Part shown: positions 23,327 to 37,035 of the stretch, in pieces | Position numbering within the stretch: position 1 is the stretch's first letter | Layout of the letters: every line of letters begins with the position of its first letter | Origin: Psilocybe cubensis | Taxonomy: Eukaryota | Length of the DNA: 64,000 nucleotides | Reading direction: 5' to 3' | Assembly: GCA_017499595.2 (NCBI GenBank) | Contig: CM039009.1 | Span: 1,612,001 to 1,676,000 of the forward strand | Made by a program: the position numbers and the translations under genes | Notes under the pieces: generated by a model | Databases searched by the model: none | What the model was told of the DNA's origin: nothing | Seen by the model: the letters and a program-made list of their open reading frames with translations, nothing else

Positions 23327-25337
23327 TAGTAGTGATCCTTGAGTCTCGTCCTATGGTATTAACTGAGAGAAAGAGTAGACAATACTCTCCACCACCTGAG
23401 ACATGCCATTTTCTGCTTTGAAATCCCTATTTTAGTATATATGGTAGATCTGACCCCATGGGAAGCTATCCAAGCGGTAACCCCCTAACAGCCAAGGAAA
23501 TTTAGTTTGATGAGATAAAAAAAAGGACAAGCTACTTCAATCTGTCCTTCTTTTATGTATATTCTAATCTTTTATTGATTGCAAGAAATCTGACTTGTAT
23601 TTCTAGAACTATACAGAGCAGCAGCTTTGTCAAAGTCATGACAAGATTAAGCATATCAAGCTGAAAGATAACAGCTACCTCAACAAAGCTACTACTTTAA
23701 AGAATCTCACTTTCAATCAGCTGCAAACTCAGATTCTGCATAGCAATGCTTTGAGCAAGATTGATAATGGAATAGCTATTGTAGAGAATAATCTAGAATC
23801 ATTGATAAAGTATAACCCCATGTAGCCAAATAAATGTATTTCCTGGATTCTAATTTACAAAAGCAAAATGCTTTGGGCAACCACAGAGCCAATATCGGTA
23901 AAGCTATTTTCCGTTATCAGTTTTGGGGCAAAATGCTTTAGAAAATCACAAAGCTGGTGTTGGTAAGACTGTACTTCCCGTGATTAGTTAGCTCCAAATT
24001 TTGCCATGATACGCAGACAGGTCAAATATAACGGTCCGTTATAAGCCAATGAATGGGCCATTTATAAATCAATAGCCCATGTGGCAAGGGCTAAATTAGC
24101 TGTTCCAGCTGGATTGTAGAGAACGGGCTATTTTTAAGTTAGTATTGTTTGTAAATGACACTATGTATCATGTCAATTCATCAATATTAAATATGTCATA
24201 AAATACATAATTCTCCAATTGTCCTATGTGAATACATAGATATTGACAGTAGCTTGTTGAACACACTTGTTCCTTTGATAGTCAGAGTTGCCACACAGTT
24301 CCATGTCAATATTTTGGCAAAATGTTCAATTGCAGCTGGAATAGTAGGATTAGAATGCTATGGAAATTGTATGACTTAATGTTCCTAAGATTCTATTTTT
24401 ATGGTGTTTGGCGCAACTAGTGATGCACATTGCTTGATAGCATTGTGTGTTGCTTGGTTGCTTTTTTTCTTTTTTTCTTTGTACCACATGATTTACTAAC
24501 CGGTATTGTATATTGCTTGGAAGCTTTCGTTGCTGTCTTTGCTAGCTTGCATAACCATCTAGTTATGGCTAGAAACATGCTTGATCATATATAAAATTCA
24601 TGTATTTCCAATCTTTTTGTCATTTATTGCTAAGGGGATTAACATATGACCATAAAGAGTTGGTAGCGCCTCATGTACAAGTGCATGCAGCATCAATGTT
24701 TACCTACCCAAGCACCTAATAAAATAGGGTTCTAAAGGCATGTAGTCAGATTATCATAGGTAATATAAGCAGGCACAACATTAACCGCACTGAACATTTT
24801 GGCACTGCTTTATAGCACTCAAGATAGCCTTATTCTAAGCATACACACAACATGTTTTTGTCAGTAATAGTTTATAGTTCTCTAGTAAAATAGAAACTGA
24901 TAATTTACACATAATAATTCCTGCTGTGATTTCATGGCAAAGTTCACTAGCAGTACTACAACACAGTATCAGCCATCACTGGAATGGTTGGCTTTTGCCT
25001 TGCACATGACAGCTTGATATGGTCTAGGCTATTTCTTAGAGACCATTACTTGGAATTTTATGCCAAAGATTTGCCATGTTGTCTGTGTGTTGTTGCTAGT
25101 AATTTGAGGGAAATACATGATGGAAGCTGTTTGAATATTGAGTTGCATCCCAAAGGTCACATATCTCATGAAATCATTCCCAATCATATGTATTAATATA
25201 GGTAAATAGATCTTTTTTCCTTCCTAGGGTTATATACCCATAAAGCATGAACATTAGTCACAAACATGACAGCCTTACAGGTTATGCAAAATACCTGGGT
25301 AACAAATTGAAGGTCATATACATCCTAGACTCATTTA

Positions 25338-26624
25338 CTCGGTGTGACAAAAAGTGACCAGGCACCACGTGATTAGTGTGCTTGCGTTTCTTCGAGGTGT
25401 GTCACTTTTCTTGAATTGTGGCAGAACAACAAGATATTAGGCTTAGAAATGGATATATACAAACAAACTGTAGTCCATGTGTATGTAGTACAAATTAAAA
25501 TGAAGTATGCCCGCCCTTTGCTGCAAAAACTGTCTTCACTCTTTTATCCATAGTGTCAATATGTTTGTCAATGTCTGAAATTGGTAACTCCTCCCAGATG
25601 TCTTTAACAGTCTGGATAAGTTGTGAAACAGTAGTTGGGAGATGTGGCAGAGCCCATAAACACTTTTTGAGCTCAAGCCAGACCGGCTCAATGGGGCTGA
25701 GATCTGGAGAACATGGTGGGTGGTAGAATAATGGAATTTGATTTTGATGGAACCATTGCATTGTTGATTTGCTGCGATGACTTGCTGCACTGTCCTGTCA
25801 AAATTCAATTCCGGACTCCTCCTTTGATACTTGATAATAGAAATCCTTCAGAACACCTTCAAGAACCTGTTCTTGATATCGTGTTGAGTTCATTCCTCCT
25901 CCTTTGCCTTTTGGATATTCCAATACAACTAATGGTCCTTTTCTCCCTTTTATAATGCATGCCCATACCATAACGCATACAAAAGATTGTGAAAACTTTG
26001 GAACACAATATTCATCATGAAATTCCTCTCCAGGACGATGGATGACAAAGATTCTTCCACAATTATCTCCAAGATAAATATAGCACTCATCTGACCAGAT
26101 TTTCTTCTTCCAAATTCTGAGTGTATAAGCCTTGCAAATTCGTGCCCATGCTAATCTTGCCCATTTATGAGCCCGTGTAAGATATGGGACCTTCTTTGCA
26201 ACACGATGGTGGTATCCTTTTTGAGCAAGAATGTTTCGAAATCTCATAGAACGGTTTTTGGTGGTTTCTGAGTGCCTCCCAAGTGATAAAGCGTTCTGTG
26301 CGTTCTGTAGTCTTTGTTGGGCGGCCAGTATGTGGAAGGTTTTCAGTGGATCCGGTTTTTTTTCACTTTGTCCAGATATCTTGGGCTGTGGACTTGCAAA
26401 TATTGTACTTCTTTGCAGCAGAACACACTGATTGCCCACAAGACACTGCTTCAATAAATTGGTTTTTATAGATTCATTAAGCTAGACTTGTGAGGTCTTT
26501 GGAGACATGGATTCAGCGTGAAATAAAGGTTTGCGAGTGAGTTATGGGTACAGTTACAAATTATGAACCACTACAACGCAACACAATTAGTCACGTGTGC
26601 CCAATTACTTTTTGTCACGCCGAG
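25338..26624 (-). mobile_element. Tc1/mariner element, 1287 bp, TA TSD
   Basis: TA|CTCGGTGTGACAAAAAGT ... ACTTTTTGTCACGCCGAG|TA. Confidence 0.92.
25495..26508 (-). pseudogene. Tc1-type DDE transposase pseudogene
   Basis: RVAKKVPYLT, IWSDEC, VMVWACI, F*QDSAASH, PPCSPDLSPIEPVW, GGHTSF; stops and frameshifts. Confidence 0.92.
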
Positions 26625-28430
26625 TACCTCCATATACTACTGGTATGTACATCATTTTATGGTCACATACTAGGTAAAATACAAAAAACTTACCATGAAA
26701 AGGTTGCATATATGTAGGTTAGTCATATACATCCTGGTCAGTGTTCTCTATTGTGATAATAATACATGGTTAGTACATGTAAAATATTGCTCTAATACTC
26801 AGTAATCTCTTATATAGAATCTCTATTATCCAATTAAGGCACATGGAAGGCATAGCATACATACATATAAGAGATGTCCAAAGAACCATACTATGTTTGC
26901 TGGCTGAGCACTTATTTCATCTTATTAGCGCACTACAATATTTTCCTTGTGGTATATTCTACTTGCATGGCTAAAACTGCTCAATTCTCTGTGGCAGCAA
27001 AATCCCAGAGAATTAGTCCAAATGGATTAACCAAACAGCAGAGAAGGCTTGAGAAGCTTGTTTTTTTAATTTTATATAATCTTCTGTAGAAATTGCTCCA
27101 AAATTAATGCAAAGAATGCTTTAAAAAATTGTATTTGTTGCCAACAAGAGTAAATATTCCTATTTGACATATAACAAAAGACTAACCATATTTTTTAGAA
27201 AGTTATTGAAGGAAAAAGAGAACCAGATTCAAATTGCTCTTGAGGTTGATAGTTATGACCAGACACTTTCAGAGCCGTCAACTCCCACTCTAAGTTATTC
27301 TGTACAAAGTATGGAAGCTCTACTAATACTAAACAATGCTAGTAAGTTTTAATGATATATATATATATATTCATTTAAGATGTGCGTACCCCTCATTTTT
27401 TTGTTCTACAGAGTCATTTATTGACAGATCTATGCAAACTGTTTAAGTAATATTATTTAATGTTTCTTGCATTAGTTAGATGTTTTTACAGATCTATCCA
27501 ACAATGACCCAAAGCTTGAGGGTTATTATATATCCAATAAATATTATTTATCCTAGAAATTCGATGACATGATGGACCAGAAGCTTAAGACATTGGAATG
27601 GCTTGATTGTGCAAAAAAGCGGAATGTGCATATGAAAAGGCTATTGAAGATTATGACAATTTCTCGACAATTCACTCAGGATGGCAATACCATTGACAAT
27701 TCCAAGGTAGTTAGTTAGAACAAGAGTGTCAAGGCCTCCAAAATGTTCTACAGGAGGCGGATGAACTGAATTCAAATATATTGCAAGAAACTCCTCCTCA
27801 TATGCCAGAATGGTTTGACATTTTTATTCAGCTTCATGATATTATAGGGAAGTGGGCACATTTATATGTAGTTTATCACACCCTTATGGATACTGTATTT
27901 AAAACGAATACAAATTTGTTATGCATTCTAAAAAGCAGTCCAAATATTGTCTATAACATATGACAGTATCTACAATGTGCTAAGCAAGTTTCAGAATTGT
28001 GACAGATATGATAAATGCCATCCCTGATACCTGTACAACCTTACCAGCATCTAAAAGCTGCAAGAACTTGCTAATTGCATTAGTCTGTGTTGACATGGAT
28101 CTGGTCTGAGAACCACAAATTTCTTGGACGTTCAGATGCACAATAAGACCTTGGGTATGGCTAAAAAACAGGTAAGCTAGGAGAATTATAAAAAAATATT
28201 TATTAAGACATACTAGGATGATGAGAAAATCCAAAGTTTACAACCAACAATAACCAAAGTCCAGGTTCCCACTTCAGGAGTCACTAATGCCAAAAAATTT
28301 TAGCCAAAAGGTTGCTTACAAAGATATCAGTTGTACTTACTAGGATTCTCCAATCAAAACCAGGACATGTAGAGAGATCATGCCAAGTGAAAATTGTGCA
28401 ATTAGAAAGAAGCACCTCTACTACTTTACT

Positions 28431-30125
28431 CTAATGTTCTCACGCACTAACCACCACCATCAACATGGTCAGTGTGCCAGCTCACCAGCCCCACGGCTGG
28501 GTACACGGCAACAGCACTCTCCAGACTCAACCCCAGGCCCAACAGAGTCAGAGAGTAATGGCCAAAAGCTGCTACAGACCAAGAGGTCATCCCACACGAA
28601 GCGCCTTATAAAAAAAGGTAGAACTCACCCCTGGAAATCAGTAGATGCCTCTCCGGGTCCCTCTCCACAGCACTCTGTCAACACACCCATACCATTGGCG
28701 GACCCACACAGTGCCCCAAATACCGATGCCGCACCCCCATTCACTCTGCCCCTACCAGCTGTGTCTTTGGACATTGTTGCCGGACAGGTTGCTCACCTCA
28801 AGACTCTGCTAGACTCCATTCTGGCAACGGTCGCAATTATACAAAGCATTTTTCATGGTACCGTCACACTCAGTGACCAAACAATGCACGCCGCCCTGCT
28901 GCTACACTCAACCTTATTCCCGGCAGATCCGAAATATTACCCCCAAAATCCTGAAAGGGTTACTAAGCCCCGGTCATATGCTACAGTGGCCAAAACTACA
29001 CCAGTGGCTCAATCAACTTACATGCCGCAGAGAACATTCCCAGCTCCAACTGCTAGAGGCCCTATTAAGACCCGTCCTCATATCACTTGTCCAACCCGCC
29101 ATTATTCCTCAAATAATTGCCTTATTGCATCATGGGATAATTTTCTACTTACACAGCTATCTGGTCCACTTATTGATTTTGTGGAGCGACTCAATAGCGA
29201 GCTCTTGCTAATGTCACGGGACTCCCCTTGTCATGTTCTCGGAGCTAAGGTTTCAAAATCAGGAAGGCTCATTATCCACACCACAAACAACACTGGAACT
29301 GCTAGAATAAAAGCTTGCCTGATAACCATTCTTCAAGCAACTCAGGCCTCTGATTGCTTTTCTAATTTTCATTCAACTATTAGTGACCCATCCACAGTTT
29401 ACTCGGATGTGCCATGGCATGGTATAGTGGTCCATGATCTCCCAGCTGATTTACTTTGCAACTTTTTTGACTCCGCCACTCCAAAAAATAGCACACCACA
29501 AACAACACTGGAACTGCTAGAATAAAAGCTTGCCTGATAACCATTCTTCAAGCAACTCAGGCCTCTGATTGCTTTTCTAATTTTCATTCAACTATTGGTG
29601 ACCCATCCACAGTTTACTCGGATGTGCCATGGCATGGTATAGTGGTCCATGATCTTCCAGCCGATTTACTTTGCAACTCTTTTGACTCCGCCACTCCAAA
29701 AAATAGCATATGGTCATTACTTGAAAATGAGGCAGGGGTATCTAGGCAGGATATCCGAGGGCATGTCGCGACGGGGAGGAGTTCCAGAAGGACTGACTTT
29801 TTATCCTCATTAGGTTTAAAGACAAAAACATTACAGAACGGCTCTATCACTCTGGCATTTTTCTCTTTGGCTCCTGGTATTGAGTCTCTCAATATCGGGA
29901 GCGGAAGAGGAAACCTCAACCTTCAACTCCAACTCCAGCACCCCACACAGAAAACATCATGCTGCAATAAATGTTTGTAATCTCTTATAAGCAACACTTC
30001 TTTTCCCTTTACACAGTACACATAGAACAGTAGAATTACAACCTATATAGAAAAACTATAATAGTAGTACTAAGCCAAGGAAGTGGCCTACCCCTCAGAG
30101 GGTATAACATAAAACAAAAAAAAAA
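28431..30125 (+). mobile_element. Non-LTR retroelement derivative with ORF1 (gag-like) only, poly-A tail, 11-bp TSD ACTACTTTACT
   Basis: TSD at 28420-28430 and 30126-30136, A-tail at ~30111-30126. ORF motifs (PRSYATVAK, VLGAKVSKSGRLIIHT, PWHGIVVHDLP) resemble fungal LINE ORF1. No endonuclease or RT is present. Confidence 0.78.
29277..29708 (+). repeat. 215-bp direct tandem duplication inside the LINE ORF1
   Basis: CACACCACAAACAACACTGGAAC...CCAAAAAATAG starts at 29277 and 29492; few mismatches; it shifts the frame. Confidence 0.92.
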
Positions 30126-30599
30126 ACTACTTTACTTTGCTCCAAAGCGGAGTAAAAGTGTGCTTTGGCAATCAACTCTGAGGGACAAAACAGTACATGA
30201 CCCCTAGATATCCCTGTATAGTTCTGAAGTGTGGCCGTGCTACAAAAAATATTAGATAGGATCAAGAAAAAATAAATATATCAATGTACCGTCCTTGAAC
30301 TATTCTAGGACAATGTTCCATAACCACACTATACTATCTATTTGCCTCTGGAGAGAGAAAGTGTCCAGGTCAAAAGCATGTTTCTTTAGAAACATTGCAT
30401 GTACAATCTACAGGTACCTATGAGTACACTACACGTTGTTAAAATCTCACAAGCTTACCAGAGTTTAGGAAGGAAAGAAGCCTCACTATCTTGGGGAGCA
30501 AAAAACAAGTGCATCCTGTATAATATTAGTCAGTAAGTGTGTTATTCTAAATGTTTGTGAGATTTGAACTTACAGCTTTTTGCAACCAGAGACATAGAC

Positions 30600-32290
30600 C
30601 AAAAAAACAAGAGGAATAAGGAGATGATTGGAGGTTATTCAAACAAAATATAGATACAGGTATTTGTTAAAAGTTCTGCAGATCGGCAGCCGGATTCCAA
30701 ATGCTTGTGCTAATGGGGTTATTTGTAGCTCTCCTGATGGGAATACAGATGGTCTATACACATTGAGGGTTTGGATGTAGTTTCTCAAAAATACATGGCA
30801 TCCCAATTAATTGCTCCATATTCTAATACAAATATTGGCTACCTAATATACTCTGCAATGGGAGATAAGTACATATCACCTTTCTAAGTTTCTCCATGAA
30901 TTATTGTAAGGTACTGTTATTCAAATTCTTTCTTTACATTTTACAGCCAGAATTATGGACTCAGATGGTGGTAAGCATGTCAAAATTCTTTGGGTAGACA
31001 AAATTTTGACAAAGTACATTATAACTACAGATATTAGAGCCACTCATATTAGGCTACAGATGGCAACTGTGGCATGGCATGCAATTTCCAAGAAACACAA
31101 AGAGCTTTGCCCTACAAATGCAGAAAAAATCCACAAGGAGTTCAAAAATGCCAAAGCAGCCTTGCAAGCTCTTGTTAAATATAAGTAGTTGTTAATTATT
31201 GAAGTCATTGTATATCTTATCTTCAGCAGGCATAGAAAGTAAAGCTATCAAGCAAGAAGCGCTTGACAATGTGGAAAACTTACTAGAAAACTTGGGGTTC
31301 ATAACAGTTTTTCTAGGCCTCTCATTGCTAGATAATCTCATTAATATTGATTCCATTAACAATGGTAAGGATGTTTCTAAGATATGTTATATTCTTTTAA
31401 AATTAATCTACAGATACTGATGCTACGTTCTAAGCTGCAACACACTGCCACACACTTGATGGCCTATATTCTTGCTTCTGCAATTTCACAGGCACCGCTC
31501 ATGCCTACAAACACAAATCAGATGTCTCAAAGTGCTACACATAAAGTGAGTGTGTCTTCTCTATTGTATATACAATGGAATACTCACCACAAAATTTGGA
31601 CTCAGGATGTTGGGTCTCATGCAATGACTGTCAACTCTGCTATCAACTCATCTGATTTGAATATGCAAGACAAGGGTCAAAATAAGGACAGTGTCATCTA
31701 TGTCGTATATGCAATGGGATACTCACCATAAAATTTATATCCAGGATGCTGGGTTTTATGCAATGACCATTAATTCTGCTATCAACCCAGCTGATTTGAA
31801 CAAGAATAGCAAAGTTTTTTCAATAACTGTTGATCCAAGAAAGATGCAGTCCATGGTAGGCTTGCCCAAAGAGGTTAGTGACAAATTTCAGTGTTTTCAC
31901 AAGATATGTATTATACTTATATGTTATTCTCAATAGGATGCTGTCCCAACCTTTGAAAGACACACAATTAGTGATAAAAACATCAATCCCGCTTTGAAGG
32001 CTCTATCTCATCAATCCATTTCAATGGATATGCCTATTCCTCAGCATCATGAGATTGGCAATACATCTAGACATAATTCAAGCGCACCTGTACCTTATAT
32101 ACAACAGTCTCCAGCTGCTGGTAGTAATCGTGGAAACAAGCCAATTTTGAGTACTAGGGTAAGAGTTTCTGTGTCTTGGATTATACTTGCTCTCCATGTG
32201 TTAATATTCTGTGTTCCAGACCATCATAGGAGCAGGTTCAACCATGTTTCCAATTGATAACAGCAACAGTATCTAAACTCATTACCAGCA
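30600..32290 (+). pseudogene. Decayed multi-exon gene of unknown function, convergent with KDZ copy 2
   Basis: Series of short + ORFs with intron signals; contains a ~139-bp internal duplication (31552 / 31691). Confidence 0.35.
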
Positions 32291-32317
32291 GCCTGCAGAT
32301 CTGTACACGTGACTGTT

Positions 32318-35300
32318 TTAATCCACATCAATATTGGTGTCTTCTCCCTTGTTGTTGTCTTCACTATCCTCAGAATCATCAGAATGCACCTTCTCAAAAT
32401 CAATGTCTTCTTTCAGATCATCTGACAAAATCTCTGGCATCCCATCTTCCTTCTCAAACTTATCATCTGTATCCAACTTTTGACACTTTCTCTTTCTTGG
32501 TTCCAGTGCACACGGATATATCAACACCCACTTGGGGTTGATGTTTTGTTTTTTGAGCAGGGGTAGCCATTCTATCACACATTTCTCCACCATAGCGTGC
32601 ATAATATGGGCCTGTTTATATGAGTATGCCATTTTCCCTTGCAGTATATCAGGATGACCCACAATTTTTGTTATTCCCAGCTTTTCCCACCAACCTGCTT
32701 TCCATTCAAACCACACAAGAACCCAACACATCTCCTCTTATATCAGAAGATACTTCTCCTCCCATTGCAGAAATTGAGTGCAATACTTTGCCCATTCTAC
32801 CCGCATGTTGACGTTGAACTTTTTTTCCTCTTCTTTCCCACTTTTTCCATTTTGTTGAGCCAACCATATCTAGGATTCCTTGTGTTTCCCTTTTGAGGTT
32901 TTGTTATCAGTTAACTCCTTTCTAAGGCCCCGTACATCTTCTTTTTTCAATTCTCTAAAATCTTCTTTTCACAAACCGTTGGGGTCAAGAGCCAAAAGTA
33001 CAATTTGTGCTTGCTGGTACTTTTGGACAGCATGCTTGATTTTTTAGTATACCTGGTTATATACTGTGAGCATTCTTGTATTTGGTCGGTTTCTAGTTCC
33101 GCTGACATGAATCTTTTTGAATTTCCATAGTTTTGTCACATTTTTGTGGCCACATTGTATATTGGCCAATGCATCATAAGCAACCGCTTTTCAAAGACTT
33201 GTTTCCATTTTGTACACACATTTCATGTTAGAGGATGATTGGATTTTCTTAGGGAACAAAAAGGGCATAAACAAAGGTATGTTTTCAGCCACTTCTACCT
33301 GAGGTACTCCATTCTCATCCTGTGTTGTACTTGCTATAATCAGATTTGTGGCATTCAGTGTGTAGACAAGCTGGGCCTGTCTCCAATTTGTAATCTGCCT
33401 GAGTAGGCCTATGCACTTCTTGTGAATATTGCCTTGTTTCCATGTTGATTGTTGAGTTTTATTAGCAGCCTCAAGTCATATCTTGTACCTTGAAAGTAGT
33501 AATGTCAATCTTTGGGAGCTCAGAACCAACTGTATATGTACTGATGATCTTCCAGCTCAAGGCCAGTTACTAAGAACCTGGTCATTATTACTGAGTGAGC
33601 AGGAAGCTTTCCAATAGCAGCCATAGCAGCTTCCTTGTTTTGGAGGTTGCGGCGTGTATTTTGAAGGGTGATGGCTAATATTAGAGGCTTATAAGCACAT
33701 ATCTGCTGTACAAGTGCTTATTGAAAGTACTCACTCTGTGTTGATTCTTTGTAAGAGTTTGGCTTGGAAGGGTTGGCTTTCCACTCCTCAACTTGCTTTT
33801 TCCACTGTTCAAGCATCTCAGGAGTGGCTGAAAATGTGGACAAAAATTGAATAAATGTGGCCTTGTGCTTCTTTTGCATTTTAATGGCCTCTTTGAATTT
33901 TTTTGCAAAAGCAGAGCCTGAAAAATGAGGTTAAAGATGGACATGACAAGGGAGTCCCACCATACTTACAAAAACCAACTATTTTGTGGAAATTCCACCC
34001 ATTCCAATGGTTACTTAGTGCATCACATCGGGCAGCCAGCACCATTTCTCTAATACTGGGTGCTAGTAGATTTGTATGTAATCAATTAACTTTGACCTCT
34101 TCTCTGCAAGTGCGACCAACTCCTTTCATGTACCTAATGTTGTAGTTCTCTTGGTAAGATTCAACATGTCCGTTGATGTGCCAACTGGGGATTGCTGTTC
34201 TGATTTTGGTCATTGACAGTATTTGCATATGTTTCTCAAACTCTCCCATTCTTTTAAATAAAATTTTTTTTCCCATTGACAGGCAATATTGTACCTAATG
34301 AATATACACAACAACTTCACGCCAATAAGAGCCAAAAGAACAATGTAATCCATATTGCAATATCTATTCAAAATAGACATGTCAGAATGGAAATAAGAGG
34401 TGAGACAAAGCTGTTTCTTACCTTTCTTCTTTCTGCAAGTCACCAACTCCATTTTGACAAACCAGCAAATGTCTTGAGCAAAGTACAAGGCCAACACCGC
34501 TGACCGTGTAGTCTGGAGTATTTTGGATGCTTGCCTGTACAATGGCATTGTGCTTAGACCAACACGTGTTCATTTGATAAGCAATGTTAGGTTCATGTGT
34601 TTTTTGTATAAAGTCCAGTAAACATGGCAATCTAAACACACCTCAGGCTGTTCAATGTAATTGCTAATGTGCTCTTGATAGCCGTGTTGATTCACAAATA
34701 TCCCTGTATCTGTGATAAAGTCAATGTCATCCAACTTGCGTTCTTTTCTCTTTAACTTGAAGTTTGCATCCACCGCAATAAAAAGCATATACAGAAATCT
34801 ATAAAATATAAGTAAGATAATAATCAAGCAAAGAAAACTGGCAACTTACGCCAGAGGTCCTGCTTTTTCCTAGTTGTTGGGTAAATTACGATCTGGGTAG
34901 GGGCAGGCTGGGCAATTGATGATAAGACCTCCAGGCAGCGTGCCATTAATTCCGGTAGGTTTATGTCCTTGTCTGGCATGTTTCCAAGCTGTATATTTCT
35001 CCACAGGCAAAAAACCCTGTATATCTCAGGAAAGCAATACTATGTAGAAGATGTCAACCAATAAGTAAGCTGATAGCAGATGGCTAAACGGGATGTTTAA
35101 GAAGTATTACTTACAATTGTGTCCAAAAGGTTTGCACTATCTGTCCTCTGTAGTAAGGTGTTGTAAAAGTTGTATAGATTTTCCTTGCCTTGTAAAGTAC
35201 TTTTATGAAATTCCTCAAGAATTCAGAATGAAAAGGCTGTGTAAGGTCTAATTGAAGTTGCTGGGAACTACTGTATGCGCAAGAGTTGAATGTAATGGTT

Positions 35301-36119
35301 GAGCAGAGTATCAGATAGGCATGTGCAGTAATTGATGTTGATGGTGTGTACTCCAGATATATCGAATACAGTAAAATTGAGTGGTCCACGCTCAGGGCAT
35401 GGACAATAGCAGCCATTATGTCTAAGTTGAATATGTAGTCCTAATTTTGATAGAAAAGCTTTTTTAAAAAACTTCTCATTCTACCGCTGTTAAAATGTAG
35501 TAAGAATAGTCCAAATGAAATAAGTTTCTAACAACTCACCTTGATGCAATGGAGCAGTAGATCCGCGTGATTTAATAAAATACAGCTTTGACACATAGGT
35601 GCTGTCCCATGGCCACAATCTCTGCATTGCAGAATTGTGTCCAATTGCTTTCTGCATCCACTACACTGCTTCGGATTTGTAAACAACCCAAAGCCCTTGT
35701 ATCAAGGAAGCTCATTGAGCATTGAACTACGAAGCTCTATCTACTGAGCAAGTCTACTCTAGAGCACGTTAAATGCTGTCAGTACATTTAATTCAAGTGA
35801 GAAAGACAATAAAGTACCTTTGCAATATAAATCCGCTTACGTTTGGCACTTGCTTGGCAGAAGTAGATGCTCCCTCCAATAAAAAACCTTTCTGGGGTAC
35901 TATAGTGATGCTATCTACAGTTTCCAGAACCAGATTTTGCCCAGAGTCTAGTTGTAAGTCAGAAGTTTGAGCTGTGTCCTGTGTTGATATTGGCTCAGAG
36001 CAAGTTACTTTCTTCATTTCAAATCCAATATTTCTGTTTTTCAGATTATTCTTCACTTTGGTGATCCAGGAAGTGGTGACTTGTGGGCTGTTATTGACAC
36101 TTTTGCCATCATCTGACAC
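32318..36119 (-). pseudogene. CxC2-KDZ transposase, second decayed copy (diverged from copy 1)
   Basis: CRDCGHG..MCQSCI..H (~35560-35630); CPACPYPDRNLP (~34890); FIAVDANFKLKRK; GVGLVLCSRH...GVGDLQK; RYCNMDY; YNIACQW; AIPSWHINGH; GVGRTCREEV. Confidence 0.88.
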
Positions 36120-36704
36120 ATTTTTGCAATATAAGGGTTGAATAGGAGGTAGGTATTTTTGTGCTCATTTAGTCAGTTATGATGTGTTGCCTATAGATGT
36201 GTTGCCACCAGAAGTCATGTCGCCTGAAGTCTTGCACATTGATATGTGTGCAGTGGTGGCTTTAGACGCCATGGATGTGGCAGTAGAAATGTAAATATTA
36301 CTTAGCAATGCATATGATTTAGATTCTAATTATGCGCAAGTTAAGACAGATCACAAATGACTGCAGCGCTGATAGATTAGATATTACTTACCAGATACAG
36401 GAGTGCTTACATAGATTAAGAGATTGCACGCTAGTAGATATCAAGCGTGCTTAGATCAAGACAATTCATGCCAGTGGTACTCCATGCTCGAGTCCCATGG
36501 ACAATGGCCTGATACACTCAAAAGGGTGCAAAGGTATGCCTCCAACTAGAAAGCCAATAAGGTCCAAAATCAAGATCAATCTAGACACCAGCCTGTAAAC
36601 TGTATTGTATTAGTAAAGCCCACTGCTCGTAGTGTGAGCAAAACAAAAAGTCAACTCAAAATTGGATAATCAGGACATGGGCCAGCCTATCAGCCTACCA
36701 TACA

Positions 36705-37035
36705 GAGTACTGAAGATTTGAGCTTATTGAATCAGATTCTGTCACATAAAATATCTGTGAAATACTGGGTGAGATACTGGAGCTTGACTTGAAGTGTGAA
36801 TGACTTGAGGACTCCGAGTCGACTGTTCAAGTATCAAGACACTGGCCTTCAAAGTACTGGCAATTTGAGCTTGACTTAGAATTTGTCACATTGAATACTA
36901 CCTGAAATGCTTGAGCTTGACTCAAAGTGTGAATGACTTGAGGACTCCAAGTCGACCATTCAAGTATTGGGACACAGGCCTTCAAAGATACTGGCGGTTT
37001 GAGCTCGACTCAGATTTTGTCATGTTGAATACCTA
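36705..37035. repeat. Tandem repeat, ~133-bp unit, about 2.5 copies
   Basis: GAGCTTGACTyrAAGTGTGAATGACTTGAGGACTCCrAGTCGAC... at ~36780 and ~36913. Confidence 0.8.

Noticed and set aside
23330-28400. Genes in the AT-rich stretches around the Tc1 element
   Set aside because: Only short ORFs without recognisable motifs; probably decayed repeats, not callable.
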